A DNA stretch of 64,000 nt, taken from NCBI GenBank assembly GCA_963804645.1, contig CAWDRG010000009.1, positions 384,001 through 448,000 on the forward strand. Reading direction: 5' to 3'. Positions 8,255 through 18,666 of this stretch are shown one piece after another; position 1 is the stretch's first letter; every line of letters starts with the position of its first letter. The notes under the pieces were generated by a model. That model worked only from the letters and a program-made list of their open reading frames with translations. It ran no database searches and was not told where the DNA came from. Source of the DNA: an uncultured Bacillota bacterium (GTDB lineage Bacteria > Sysuimicrobiota > Sysuimicrobiia > Sysuimicrobiales > Segetimicrobiaceae). The position numbers and the translations under genes are program-made.

Positions 8255-10309
8255 ATGCAGACGAAGCTGACCCTCGCGATCACCGACCGCGACGCGTTCG
8301 CCGACGGCCGGGCGTTCGGAGGCACCGGAGCCTACGAGCGCGTCGTTGGGCGGGCGCACTTCGAGGTCGACCCCGAGGCTCCGGAACACCGGACCGTCGT
8401 CGACCTCGCGCACGCGCCGAGAACCGCGTACGGGCTAGTCGAGTTCACCGCGGACTTCTTCCTGCTGCGCCCGGCGTTCCTCGAGCGAGGGAACCGGCGC
8501 CTCCTCGCGGAGTTTTCCAACCGCGGGAACAAGCGCGCCCTCCAATTCTTCAACGACGCGCGCCACAGCAACGCGCCGCGGACGGTCGAGGACGCGGGCA
8601 ACGGGTTCTTGATGCGCCGGGGATACTCGGTCGGGTGGGTCGCGTGGCAGGCGGACGTGCTGCCCGGCGACGGCCGGTTGGTGCTCGACGTCCCCGTGGC
8701 CATGGACGGAAGCCGTCCGATCACCGGGCGGGTCCGCGCGGAGTTCATCGTGGACGAACCCGGCGCCTTCTCGCTGCCGTTGAGCGGCCGCACGTCGATG
8801 CACAGTTACCCCACGGCGACGCGGGACCAAACCGCGGCGGTGTTTACGCGGCGCGAGTACGCGAACGACCCCCGCGTGCTCATTCCGCCATCGGAGTGGG
8901 CGTTCGCCCGCGTCGAGAGCGGCGACGGCGAGTCGGCGGTGGTGCCCTCGGACAGCCACGTGTACCTCCGCGGCGGGTTTCGCCCCGGCTGGATCTACGA
9001 GCTCATCTATCCGGGCACCGCGCCGCGGGTCATGGGCCTCGGGTACGTGGCCGTCCGCGATCTCGTCGCCTTCCTCAAGTACGGGGAGCGCGACGCGGCG
9101 GGCGCGCCGAACCCACTCCGCGACGGCGGCGCCGGCATCGAGAAGGCCTACTGCTGGGGACGGTCCCAGGGCGGGCGGGTCATCCGGGAGTTCATCTACA
9201 GTGGGTTCAACGGCGACGGGGACGGCCGCCGCGTGTTCGACGGCGCGTTCCCCCACGTTGCGGGCGGCGGCCGGATGTGGCTCAACCACCGCTTCTCGCA
9301 GCCGTCGAGGCTCTCGGGCTCCCAGCACCAGGACTCGTCGTACTACGGAGACCGGTTCCCGTTCTCGTATGCCCGCTCGACAGATCACCTGACCGGGGCG
9401 ACCGACGCGATTCTCAAGCGGCCCGAGACCGACCCGCTCGTCATCCACACGCAGACATCGACGGAGTACTGGAGCCGCCGGGGGTCGCTCGTGCACACCG
9501 ACACCCACGGGAACGATCTCGCGCAGCCCGACGGCGTCCGGGTCTACCATTGGGCCAGTTCCCAGCACATGTCCGATCCGTGGATGCTGCGGCCGAGCAG
9601 GGACAAGGCGGGGCAGCAGCCCACCAACGTCGTCGGGACCTCGCCGCTCTTTCGCGCGCTCCTGGATCATCTCGACCGCTGGGCGACCGACGGGCGCATG
9701 CCGCCCCCGAGCCGCGTGCCGACACGGGCCGCCGGCCAGCTCGTGGAGTTCGAGACGTGGCGCGAGCAATTCCCGAGGATTCCCGCCGTCGCGCTGCCGC
9801 GCGAGCCCGCGCGCCTCGCGCTGTGGGACTACGGGCCGGACGAGGCGCACGGCCTCCTCACGCTCGAACCCCCGGCGGCGGATCCCGACCGCGCGTACAC
9901 GGTGCTGGTCCCCGCGGTCGACGCGGACGGCAACGAGATCGGGGGCATCCGGATGCCGATCGTCGAGGCGCCGCTCGGGACGTATACGGGCTGGAACGTT
10001 CGCGCGGCCGGCTTCAGCCCCGGGGTGCTCGTCGGGCTGCCAGGCAGCTACCTTCCGTTCCCGAGGACGCGGTCCGAGCGCGAGGCCACCGGCGATCCAA
10101 GGCGCGCGGTCGACGAGCGCTATCCGACCGACGAGGAGTTTGCCCGGGCGATCGAACGCGCGGCCGCGGCACTTGAGGAAGCGGGTCTGCTCCTGCCGGA
10201 GGACCGCGAGCGCATCATGGCGGCCGCGAAGCGGTGGGGACGCGAGGGCACGGTGTTTCCGCTGGTGGAATCGGGCGGGGATCCGGCCCGCAGAAATCCG
10301 CGCGAGTAG
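8255..10309 (+). CDS. Large alpha/beta-hydrolase domain protein
   Basis: FGGTGAYE, NRGNK, WQAD, G-R-S-Q-G-G-R nucleophile elbow, DADGNEIGGIRMP. Confidence 0.8.
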   Translation: MQTKLTLAITDRDAFADGRAFGGTGAYERVVGRAHFEVDPEAPEHRTVVDLAHAPRTAYGLVEFTADFFLLRPAFLERGNRRLLAEFSNRGNKRALQFFNDARHSNAPRTVEDAGNGFLMRRGYSVGWVAWQADVLPGDGRLVLDVPVAMDGSRPITGRVRAEFIVDEPGAFSLPLSGRTSMHSYPTATRDQTAAVFTRREYANDPRVLIPPSEWAFARVESGDGESAVVPSDSHVYLRGGFRPGWIYELIYPGTAPRVMGLGYVAVRDLVAFLKYGERDAAGAPNPLRDGGAGIEKAYCWGRSQGGRVIREFIYSGFNGDGDGRRVFDGAFPHVAGGGRMWLNHRFSQPSRLSGSQHQDSSYYGDRFPFSYARSTDHLTGATDAILKRPETDPLVIHTQTSTEYWSRRGSLVHTDTHGNDLAQPDGVRVYHWASSQHMSDPWMLRPSRDKAGQQPTNVVGTSPLFRALLDHLDRWATDGRMPPPSRVPTRAAGQLVEFETWREQFPRIPAVALPREPARLALWDYGPDEAHGLLTLEPPAADPDRAYTVLVPAVDADGNEIGGIRMPIVEAPLGTYTGWNVRAAGFSPGVLVGLPGSYLPFPRTRSEREATGDPRRAVDERYPTDEEFARAIERAAAALEEAGLLLPEDRERIMAAAKRWGREGTVFPLVESGGDPARRNPRE

Positions 10310-10312
10310 TCC

Positions 10313-11074
10313 ATGCCGCCCGCGCCGGATCCGCTGCCGACGGAGGTGGCCGCCGGAGTCTTCCGCTGCGGCACAACCCTCGTCAACTGGTATCTCGTCG
10401 CCGCGGACGAAGGGGTGACGATCGTCGACGCCGGCCTCGCGGGGTACCGCGCCCAGCTGCCGGCGGCGGTGGAAGGCATCGGCCGGACCCTCGGCGACGT
10501 GCGGGCGATCGTGCTGACGCATGCCCATCTCGACCACATCGGCTTCGCCGAATGGTGGCGCCGCCGGCTCGACATCCCCGTCTACGTCCACGCCGACGAC
10601 GAGGAAGCGGCGCGGACCGGCCGGCGCCAGCGCCCCGACGAGCCGGTCCCGATGCTACCGTACCTCCGATATCGCGGCCTCTACCGGCTGCTGGCGCACT
10701 TCGTTCGCTACGGGGCGCGGATCACGCCGGTCCAGCGGCTCCGGACCTACGCGGACGGGGACGCGCTCGACGTGCCCGGACGCCCGCGCGTCATCCATAC
10801 CCCGGGCCACACGCGCGGGCACTCGGCGCTGTACTTCGAGCACCATGGGACGCTCATGGTCGGGGACGCGTTCTGCACGTACAACCCGGTGACCGGTGGG
10901 CTGGGCCCGCAGCTGCTGCCTCGCGCGTTCAACGTGAATACCACGCGGGCGCTCGCGTCGCTCGAACGGCTGCGCGGCTCAGCGGCCTCGGTCGCGCTCT
11001 GCGGTCACGGAGACCCGTGGACCGCCACCGTGGGCGCGGCGGTGTCCGAGGTCGAGCGGCGCCGGCCCGTGTAA
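10313..11074 (+). CDS. MBL-fold metallo-hydrolase
   Basis: THAHLDHIG, TPGHTRGH, GD, GHG motifs. Confidence 0.9.
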   Translation: MPPAPDPLPTEVAAGVFRCGTTLVNWYLVAADEGVTIVDAGLAGYRAQLPAAVEGIGRTLGDVRAIVLTHAHLDHIGFAEWWRRRLDIPVYVHADDEEAARTGRRQRPDEPVPMLPYLRYRGLYRLLAHFVRYGARITPVQRLRTYADGDALDVPGRPRVIHTPGHTRGHSALYFEHHGTLMVGDAFCTYNPVTGGLGPQLLPRAFNVNTTRALASLERLRGSAASVALCGHGDPWTATVGAAVSEVERRRPV

Positions 11075-11081
11075 TGCGCCC

Positions 11082-11849
11082 GTGATCGTGTCCCAACTGC
11101 TCGCCCTGTACGATGCCGAGATGCGCGCCGATCCGCCGCCCGATCCGCGCGTGCGCTTCGAGCGCGCCGGGGCGGTGGTCCGCGAGATCGGCGACCCGCA
11201 CTGCGTCATCTACGCCGACTTGACCGGGGCCGACGCCGACACGGTCATCGCCGACCAGGCGGCGTTCGCTCGCGCGACGGGCACGGGCGTCGCGTGGAAG
11301 GTGTTCGGGCACGACCGTCCGCCGGACCTCGGACGCCGTCTCCGCGCCGCCGGGTTCGCGCCCGGTGAGCCGGAGACCCTGATGGCGTTCGATCTCGCAG
11401 CGGGCGCGCCGCAGGCACCGCACGCCCCCGGGGTGGAGGCCAGGCGCGTCGCCAGCCACGCGGATCTCGCGGAGTGGGCCGCGGTCAGCGGCGCGTCGTT
11501 CGGCCGGGACGATCGCTGGAGGATCGAGGGCTACGCCACACGGCTCGCGGACCCGACCATCGGGCTGTTCCTCGCGTGGGCGGACGGCCGAGCCGTCGCA
11601 TCCGCGCGTCTCGAATTACCGCCCGGGCGGTCCATCGCCTCGCTGTGGGGCGGCGGGACGCTGCCGGCGTACCGCGGCCGGGGCGTCTACCGATTGCTCG
11701 TCGCCGCACGGGGGGAGGAAGCCCTTCGCCGCGGCTACCGCTACCTGACGGTCGAAGCCCGCGGCACCAGCCGCCCCATTCTCGCGCGCCTCGGCTTCGT
11801 ACCGCTGACGGAGATCACGGAGTGGACCCTTCCGGCGGCGCCGGAATAG
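11082..11849 (+). CDS. GNAT family N-acetyltransferase
   Basis: LWGGGTLPAYRGRGVY acetyl-CoA motif; SRPILARLGF. Confidence 0.85.
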   Translation: MIVSQLLALYDAEMRADPPPDPRVRFERAGAVVREIGDPHCVIYADLTGADADTVIADQAAFARATGTGVAWKVFGHDRPPDLGRRLRAAGFAPGEPETLMAFDLAAGAPQAPHAPGVEARRVASHADLAEWAAVSGASFGRDDRWRIEGYATRLADPTIGLFLAWADGRAVASARLELPPGRSIASLWGGGTLPAYRGRGVYRLLVAARGEEALRRGYRYLTVEARGTSRPILARLGFVPLTEITEWTLPAAPE

Positions 11850-11864
11850 GTCGCGGGGCCCGCA

Positions 11865-13100
11865 TCACGGCATGACGATCGCGTGCGTGGCCAGCGCGGG
11901 CGGCCAGACGAGCGCGCGGGTGCGCGGCGCCACCCACTCCCAGATCACGCTCGCGGCCCTGGTATTCTCTCCCGCGAGCGTCGAGCCGTCGGCACCGAAC
12001 GCGAGCCCGCTGCCGTTCGGGAGCGCGCCGACCGGCAGCACGGTCCGGCGGGCGGCGTCGGCGATGTCCGCCGGGGACAGGGTGCCCCCGGCCGGAAGGA
12101 TGTCCTGGAACAGCGCGATCCCGCCGGAGAATCCGGACAGGGCAGGCTCCCACAGCGGGTGCCCGTACTGGCGCCGGAACTCGGCCCGGGCCCACTGCAG
12201 CTGCTGCGCCGCCTGGGGCGCCAGCGCGCCGGCCGGCAGCAGATCCCCGGTCTTGTCGGACGAGAACACGCCGACGGCATCCGCCCCAAGCTTCTCCCCG
12301 AATTCCGGCATGATGTACGCCGAGCACCCGCCGATGTTCACCGCGAGGGGCACGCGGGCGCGAAGCACGGCCTCGCGGAGGCCCACGGCGTTCTCCATGT
12401 AGGCGGCCACGATCAGGACGTCGGTGTGGGCCCGCGCGATCGCCGCGGCCAGCGCCCCGTAGTCGGCGTGCCAGGGATCGTACGGCAGCGTCGCCGCCAG
12501 CGGTAGATGCAGCCGGTGGATCTCCGCGATCTCGCCGCCGGCCTCAGCCCGGCCAAACCCGTCGTTGACGTAGGCGACGGTGTACCGGAGCGGCGCGGTG
12601 CGGTGCCAGCGGGGGGCGAGTTCCTGTTCCACGAAGTCAACGGCCTGCCGGCCGAGCACGGGTCCGCTCGGGGCCACGCGGAAGAAGTGGCGGCCGGGAT
12701 CCGCGGCGGGACCGATCTCGCCGACGGCGCCGGTCTCCCAGTACACGAGCCCAAGACGCGACGCGGTCTCCGCCGCCGGACGGGCCAGCACGCTGCCGTA
12801 GGTCCCGACGATCGTCGAGACTCCGCTCTCCGCGAGCTGCTCGACGGCACCAGGCGCCGCGTCGACGGAGTCCGCCGGCGCAAGCCGGATCTGGACGGCA
12901 CGGCCGTGGACGCCGCCGTGCTGATTGACGTACGCGGCCGCCAGCAGCAGCCCGTGATATTCGTCGATCCCGGCGCCCACCGCTCCCTGCGGCCCTCCGG
13001 TGGGATACACCGCGCCGATGACGATGGGGCGCTCCTGTCCCTCCGCGCCGGCCCACGCGACCACCACCAGAAGCAGGACAACCATCACGATCCGCCGCAT
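11865..13100 (-). CDS. Branched-chain amino acid-type ABC substrate-binding protein
   Basis: Signal peptide MRRIVMVVLLLVVVAWAGA, IVIGAVYPTGG, VNQHGGVHGR, GTYGS; GAGGTG RBS. Confidence 0.8.
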   Translation of the reverse strand: MRRIVMVVLLLVVVAWAGAEGQERPIVIGAVYPTGGPQGAVGAGIDEYHGLLLAAAYVNQHGGVHGRAVQIRLAPADSVDAAPGAVEQLAESGVSTIVGTYGSVLARPAAETASRLGLVYWETGAVGEIGPAADPGRHFFRVAPSGPVLGRQAVDFVEQELAPRWHRTAPLRYTVAYVNDGFGRAEAGGEIAEIHRLHLPLAATLPYDPWHADYGALAAAIARAHTDVLIVAAYMENAVGLREAVLRARVPLAVNIGGCSAYIMPEFGEKLGADAVGVFSSDKTGDLLPAGALAPQAAQQLQWARAEFRRQYGHPLWEPALSGFSGGIALFQDILPAGGTLSPADIADAARRTVLPVGALPNGSGLAFGADGSTLAGENTRAASVIWEWVAPRTRALVWPPALATHAIVMP

Positions 13101-13239
13101 GCGTCTCACCTCGATGCGTACGCAGTTTGACGGCAGCGCCGCATCCCCCTGTCCTCGGACCGCGGCGGCAGCAGGCCGGTCGGGACAGGCCTCCGAACTA
13201 CGCAGATCACACCGCCATTCGCGGCATAGGTGAGGCTGG

Positions 13240-14211
13240 ATGAACACCCCCACGGTGCTGATCATCATCGACCCGCTGGTGCCGGCGGCCGCGCGCGCGC
13301 GATTCCTCCAAGCCGTCACCGATGCGGCGCCGATCGCCCGCGTGCTGAGCGCCGAGACCCCGAAGGACGTGCTTCGCCACGCGGCCGACGCCGAAGTCAT
13401 CGCCGGCCTGCGGGTCACCGCGCCGATGATCGAACGCGCGCCCCGGCTCCGCTGGGTCCACGCGTTCGGCGCCGGGGTCGATCAGCTGGTGTCGGTCCCG
13501 GGCGTGCGCGACGGCCGCATCGTCCTTACGCGCACCGTCGGCGCCTTCTCGCCGATCCCCGAACACGTTCTGGCGCTCGCGCTCGCGTTCTCCCGCCGGC
13601 TCCACGTCGCCGTTCGGAACCAGCTCGCGCACCGCTGGGACCGCCCGGCCGCGATCGGCTGGGAGCTCCACGGTCAGGTGATGGGCATCCTGGGCCTCGG
13701 CCAGATCGGGCAGGCGCTCGCCTCCCGCGCCGCATCGCTCGGGATGCGCGTCATCGGCGTCAAGCGCACGCCGGAGCCGCTGCCGCACGTCGACCGCGTG
13801 CTGCCGCCGGACCGGATCGACGAGGTCCTGCGCGACGCGGATGTCGTGGTCGCGCTGCTGCCGCTCACACCGGCCACCCGCGGCCTCCTCGGCGAACGAG
13901 AGTTCCGGCTGATGAAGCCGACCGCGGTGTTCATCAACGTCGCCCGCGGCGCCATCGTGCAGGAGCCGGCGCTGCTCACCGCCCTGCGAAGCGGATGGAT
14001 CGCCGCCGCGGGCCTCGACGTGTTCGACGAGGAGCCGCTGCCCCCCGATCATCCGTTCTACGAACTCGAACACGTGATCCTGACGCCGCACGTGTCCGCG
14101 GCGAGCCCCAGGGTCTTCGACCAGATGGCCGCGGTGTTCGCCGAGAACCTGCGCCGCTACGTCGCCGGCGAGCCGCTCCTGCACGTCGTCGACGCCGCCC
14201 GCGGGTATTGA
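13240..14211 (+). CDS. D-2-hydroxyacid dehydrogenase
   Basis: GILGLGQIG, INVARG, LDVFDEEPL, TPHV. Confidence 0.92.
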   Translation: MNTPTVLIIIDPLVPAAARARFLQAVTDAAPIARVLSAETPKDVLRHAADAEVIAGLRVTAPMIERAPRLRWVHAFGAGVDQLVSVPGVRDGRIVLTRTVGAFSPIPEHVLALALAFSRRLHVAVRNQLAHRWDRPAAIGWELHGQVMGILGLGQIGQALASRAASLGMRVIGVKRTPEPLPHVDRVLPPDRIDEVLRDADVVVALLPLTPATRGLLGEREFRLMKPTAVFINVARGAIVQEPALLTALRSGWIAAAGLDVFDEEPLPPDHPFYELEHVILTPHVSAASPRVFDQMAAVFAENLRRYVAGEPLLHVVDAARGY

Positions 14212-14292
14212 ACACGCCGCCCGCGGCGTTGACCGGAGCGGGAGCAGCACGGGACGCGCACGAGGGAAATATCTCATCACAGGGGGGCAGTC

Positions 14293-15156
14293 ATGAGTGT
14301 GGTCCAGGGCACGCAGGCGACGTTTCACATGCCGGCGGTCGCCGGCCTCAACCGCCTCACGCTCCGCGTGCGAGATCTCGATACCGTCTTGAAGTTCTAC
14401 ACCGATGCGCTCGGGCTGCCGGTGCGGCAGCGGGACGGCCATCGGGTGGAGCTCGCGCCGGACGGCCGTGCATTCACGCTCGAGCTCGTCCACGCTCCGG
14501 ATGCGCCCGTGCGGCCGCATCCGTCGATCGGCCTGTACCATTTCGCGCTGCTGCTGCCTGATCGCGCCGCGCTGGCCGCCGTGATTCGCCGCCTGATGGC
14601 CGCCGGTCGGCCGCCGGACGGCGCGAGCGACCACCGCGTATCCGAGGCGTTCTATCTGAGCGACCCCGAGGGCAATGGGATCGAGCTGTACCGCGACCGC
14701 TCCCGCGCAGAATGGCCTGCGCGCGACGGGGGGGTGGACATGTCGACGCTGGCGCTCGACGTGGCGGGCCTTCTGGCCGAGTCGCGCGACCCCGGGCCGC
14801 TGTCTCCGGCGACGACCTTTGGGCACATCCACCTGCACGTGGCGGACCTCGCTGAGGGCGAGCGCTTCTACGTGGGAGCCCTGGGTCTCGATGTGACCAC
14901 TCGATCCTACTCGGGTGCGCTGTTCTTCTCGGCCGGCGGCTACCACCACCACGTCGGCGTCAATCTGTGGGCGCGCGGCCGGCGCGCCCCCGAGAACGCG
15001 ACCGGCCTCGTCCGCTACGGCTGGACCGTGCCGGCCGGGACGCTCACCGCCCTCCGGGCCCACCTGGACGGCGCCGGGGTGCCGTATCGGGACGTCGAGT
15101 CGGGGATCGAAATCCGCGATCCCGCGGGCGTCGGCGTCGACGTGACCGAGGCATGA
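14293..15156 (+). CDS. VOC family protein (CatE-like ring-cleavage dioxygenase/glyoxalase)
   Basis: GLYHFALLLP, ASDHRVSEAFYLSDPEGNGIELYRD, GHIHLHV, GGYHHHVG. Confidence 0.88.
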   Translation: MSVVQGTQATFHMPAVAGLNRLTLRVRDLDTVLKFYTDALGLPVRQRDGHRVELAPDGRAFTLELVHAPDAPVRPHPSIGLYHFALLLPDRAALAAVIRRLMAAGRPPDGASDHRVSEAFYLSDPEGNGIELYRDRSRAEWPARDGGVDMSTLALDVAGLLAESRDPGPLSPATTFGHIHLHVADLAEGERFYVGALGLDVTTRSYSGALFFSAGGYHHHVGVNLWARGRRAPENATGLVRYGWTVPAGTLTALRAHLDGAGVPYRDVESGIEIRDPAGVGVDVTEA

Positions 15157-15163
15157 TCCCGCG

Positions 15164-16390
15164 GTGACGACCTGCTGCATCGCCGGGTGCGGGCCGGCGG
15201 GCGCGGTGCTCGGGCTGCTGCTTGCCCGGGCGGGCGTCGACGTGCTCGTGCTCGAAAAGCACGGCGACTTCCTGCGCGACTTCCGCGGCGACACGATCCA
15301 CCCGTCGACCCTCGACATTCTGGACGATCTCGGCCTCGCGGACCGGTTCCTGTCGCTGCCGCACAGCCAGGTCTCCAAGTTCACGCTCCGCACGACCTCC
15401 GGGCAGGCGGTCCAGATCGACATGGGGGCGCTCCACACCAAGTATCCGTTTATCGCGTTCGTGCCCCAGTGGGACTTTCTGACATTCGTCACCAACGAGG
15501 CGCGCCGCTATCCGGGGTTTCAGCTGCTCATGAACGCGGAAGTGGTCGACCTCATCCAGGAAGACGGCGTCGTGCGCGGCGTTCGATACCGCACCGCCTC
15601 GGGCGAGGACTCCGTGCGGGCCCTGCTGACCGTCGGCGCGGACGGAAGATCGTCCCGCACCCGGGAGGCGGCGGGGCTGCCCCGGGTCGTCATGTCGCCG
15701 CCGATGGACGTGCTGTGGTTCCGCATATCCCGCCGCAGCGAGGATGAGGGCAACCTGTTCGCGATCGTCGGTCCCGGACACTTCATCGTGATGTTTGACC
15801 GCGGGGAGTACTGGCAGGTCGGCTATGTCATCCCAAAGGGCGGCGCGGATGCCGTGCGTGCCGCGGGACTGGAGGCGTTCCGGCAGTCCGTCGCGGCGCT
15901 GGTCCCGGCCTTCGCCGACCGCGTTGAGGAGCTGCGGGACTGGGACCAAATCCGGCTGCTCGCCGTGCGCGCGGACCGGCTGACGCGCTGGTACCGGCCT
16001 GGCTATCTCGCGATCGGAGACTGCGCCCACGCGATGTCCCCGGTCGCGGGAGTCGGCATCAACGTGGCGATCCAGGACGCGACGGCCGCCGCGAACGTCC
16101 TGTGGGGGCCGCTCAGCCGCGGGCGCGTCACGACGGCGGATCTCGCGGAGGTCCAGCGGCGCCGTGAACTCCCCGTGCGCGTCGTGCAGACGATGCAGGC
16201 CTTCATCCAGCGGCGGATGCTGAGCCGGGCGCTGTCGGCGAACGGGCGCCAGCCCGGCATTCCGCCGGTCCTCCGCGCCGCGCTCGCGGCACCGGGACTG
16301 CGGCGCGTGCTGCCGAGTCTCGTGGCATTCGGGGTGTTCAGGCCGCGCGTGAAGAGCCCCGTGCGTGCGGCGGCCTCCGGCGCGGCGTGA
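15164..16390 (+). CDS. FAD-dependent monooxygenase (UbiH-like family)
   Basis: GCGPAG, DFRGDTIHPST, GADGRSS, GDCAHAMSPVAGVGINVAIQDA. Confidence 0.9.
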   Translation: MTTCCIAGCGPAGAVLGLLLARAGVDVLVLEKHGDFLRDFRGDTIHPSTLDILDDLGLADRFLSLPHSQVSKFTLRTTSGQAVQIDMGALHTKYPFIAFVPQWDFLTFVTNEARRYPGFQLLMNAEVVDLIQEDGVVRGVRYRTASGEDSVRALLTVGADGRSSRTREAAGLPRVVMSPPMDVLWFRISRRSEDEGNLFAIVGPGHFIVMFDRGEYWQVGYVIPKGGADAVRAAGLEAFRQSVAALVPAFADRVEELRDWDQIRLLAVRADRLTRWYRPGYLAIGDCAHAMSPVAGVGINVAIQDATAAANVLWGPLSRGRVTTADLAEVQRRRELPVRVVQTMQAFIQRRMLSRALSANGRQPGIPPVLRAALAAPGLRRVLPSLVAFGVFRPRVKSPVRAAASGAA

Positions 16391-16493
16391 CCGCGCGCCG
16401 GGAGCGTGCGCGGCGGTCTCGGGGAGTTCACCGCCGGCACGGCGAAGCATACGCCGACTCGTCCGGAACTCCGCCTGACCGAGGAGGCCGCCC

Positions 16494-17477
16494 ATGCCGA
16501 TCATTGACGTCCACAACCACTACTACCCGCCCGCCTATCTGGACGCGCTGATCTCGAACCCGGGGAACGTCAAGGTGACCCACGACCGCGAGGGAAACCC
16601 GCTGCTGCACTATCCGGGCGACTACAACATCGCGGTGCGCGGGCACCGCGACATCGCGTACCGGGAGGAGGTCCTGGCCGAGCTCGGCGTGGACCGGCAG
16701 ATCCTGACGCTGACGACGCCCGGCACGCACGTGGAAACGCCGAAGCGGGCGGCGGCGCTGGCGGCCCTGGTCAACGACGGGTTCGCCGCCGTCGCCGCGG
16801 AGCGCGGCCGGAGGTTCAGCGCGCTCGGGACGCTGCCGCTCAACGACCCGGAGGCGTCGGTCGCCGAGCTCCGGCGCTGTCTGACGCAGCTCCACTTCGC
16901 CGGCGCGATGCTGTTCAGCAACGTGAACGGGGTCGCGCTCGCCGACAAGCGGTACTGGCCGCTGTACGAGGTCGCGAACGACCGCGGGGCGATTCTTCAC
17001 ATCCACCCGACGTCCCCGGTGGGCGTCGAGGCGATGACGGAGTTTTGGCTGATGCCGCTGGTCGGCTTCCTGATGGATACGACGCTGGCCGCCGCCCATC
17101 TCGTCTTCGCCGGCGTCGTCGAGCGCTTCCCACGCATCCGGTGGATCCTGAGCCATCTCGGGGGCACCATTCCGTATCTGGTGGAGCGGCTCGATCGGGG
17201 ATACGAAGCCTTCCGCGAGTGCCGCGAGTACATCTCAAAGCCGCCGAGCGAGTACTTCAAGACGCACTTCTGGTACGACACCGTCAACTTCGACACCCGG
17301 GCCCTGCGGCTGGCGATCGAGTTCGCCGGACCCGATCATCTCCTCGCCGGCAGCGACTACCCGCATCAGGTCGGCAGCATTCCGAAGATGCTCGAAAGCC
17401 TTCGGGCACTGCCGGGTCCGGATGCGGACCGCACCGCGATCCTCGGAGGCAACGCCGCGCGGCTGTTCGGCGTGTAA
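16494..17477 (+). CDS. Amidohydrolase_2 family protein (ACMSD/LigW-like decarboxylase)
   Basis: IDVHNH, HIHP, SHLGG, GSDYPH, GGNAARLF. Confidence 0.88.
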   Translation: MPIIDVHNHYYPPAYLDALISNPGNVKVTHDREGNPLLHYPGDYNIAVRGHRDIAYREEVLAELGVDRQILTLTTPGTHVETPKRAAALAALVNDGFAAVAAERGRRFSALGTLPLNDPEASVAELRRCLTQLHFAGAMLFSNVNGVALADKRYWPLYEVANDRGAILHIHPTSPVGVEAMTEFWLMPLVGFLMDTTLAAAHLVFAGVVERFPRIRWILSHLGGTIPYLVERLDRGYEAFRECREYISKPPSEYFKTHFWYDTVNFDTRALRLAIEFAGPDHLLAGSDYPHQVGSIPKMLESLRALPGPDADRTAILGGNAARLFGV

Positions 17478-17855
17478 GATCGGGGCGGCCGAGTTCCTCC
17501 ATCGCGAGCCCGCCGGGACGGCCGCGCGTGCCGGGGCGTGCTCCGACGCGCGGCGGCGGAGCAACGCGCGCGCGACCATTCGAATCTCAAGCACCGCACA
17601 TACGGCATCCCCCACCGCCCGACCCACCCGCGAGACGGCGCCCGCGCGGCGCTGAGCAGCGCTTCACCGGTCCGGCCGCCGTAGGCCGGGAACCGTGCGC
17701 CCCGCCGCGACGCTCTCTAAGCAACGGGACGCCCGAGACGTTCTGGGCGCGGGGTTTCAGGGAATAACGTCCTTGCATCCTCGAGCGCGTCGAGGCGTCA
17801 CGGCCGGGAAGGCCGCGCGGGCTCGAGCGAGGCATCCCACTGGAGGTGAGAAGAG

Positions 17856-18422
17856 ATGATTCGCCAACGTATTGCGAGGCGCTTCGCGTGGATCGCGAGC
17901 CTCGTGCTGCTGGGCGGCCTCGTGCTGCCGACCATGGCGTCTGCGAAGACGCCGCAGGAGATCGACGCGAGCGTCGACGCGGCGCTCGCCAATTTCCGGA
18001 GTCAGGTGAGGGGGGGCGACACCTTCCTTCAGGATGCGCAGGCGGTGCTCGTCTTCCCGGGCGTCGTGCAGGCGGGGTTCGGAGTCGGCGGCGAGTTCGG
18101 GGAGGGTGAGCTGCGCATTCACGGCGAGGATGCTGGCTACTACAGCCTCGGCGCCGCCTCTGTCGGGTTCCAGTTCGGCGCCCAGGTTAAAGACGTCTTC
18201 ATCGTGTTCCTTCAGCGCCAGGCGCTGGAGAACTTCCGCGCCAAGCACGGCTTCACCGTAGGCGTTGACGGATCGATCGTGCTCGTGAACCTCGGCGCGG
18301 AAGCCTCCATCAACACGACGACGCTGAACCAGCCGGTCGTGGGCGTTATCGTCGGCCAGAAGGGCCTGATGTACAACCTGACGCTGCAGGGGAGCAAGAT
18401 CAGCCGCATCTATCCGCACTGA
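17856..18422 (+). CDS. Secreted YSC84/SYLF-domain lipid-binding protein
   Basis: Signal peptide; VLVFP...AGFGVGGEFGEG, SVGFQFGAQ, GLMYNLTLQGSKISRI. Confidence 0.85.
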   Translation: MIRQRIARRFAWIASLVLLGGLVLPTMASAKTPQEIDASVDAALANFRSQVRGGDTFLQDAQAVLVFPGVVQAGFGVGGEFGEGELRIHGEDAGYYSLGAASVGFQFGAQVKDVFIVFLQRQALENFRAKHGFTVGVDGSIVLVNLGAEASINTTTLNQPVVGVIVGQKGLMYNLTLQGSKISRIYPH

Positions 18423-18439
18423 CGCGGTCGGATCGCGAG

Positions 18440-18472
18440 GCAGAAGGCGGCGCCTGAGGCGCCGCCTTCTGC
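18440..18472. terminator. Perfect 15-bp hairpin after the SYLF gene
   Basis: GCAGAAGGCGGCGCC-TGA-GGCGCCGCCTTCTGC; only a weak U-tract follows. Confidence 0.6.
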
Positions 18473-18666
18473 TGTTCGCCGCGCCCGCGCACCTCGACGA
18501 CGTGCCCGACGCGCGACGGAGCGCGTTCCCAATCGGCGGGTGACGGAAGGACCGGTCACCGCGCTCGCGGAACGTACCGGAGCGTGCGCCGTGGGATCGA
18601 CACGCCCGGCCGCGGAGCGAGGGTCCGGCGCACGGCCACCCAGGAACGAGGGATGTCCAGCCGCGC

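Noticed and set aside
15153..15166. Possible frameshift between ATG 15153 (overlapping the VOC stop) and the FAD monooxygenase frame
   Set aside because: GTG 15164 already gives a complete Rossmann N-terminus, so no frameshift is required.
17478..17855. Long intergenic gaps (also 18473-18666 and 430-777) as ncRNA or riboswitch
   Set aside because: No recognisable riboswitch or ncRNA motif by eye; an Rfam/Infernal scan would be needed.
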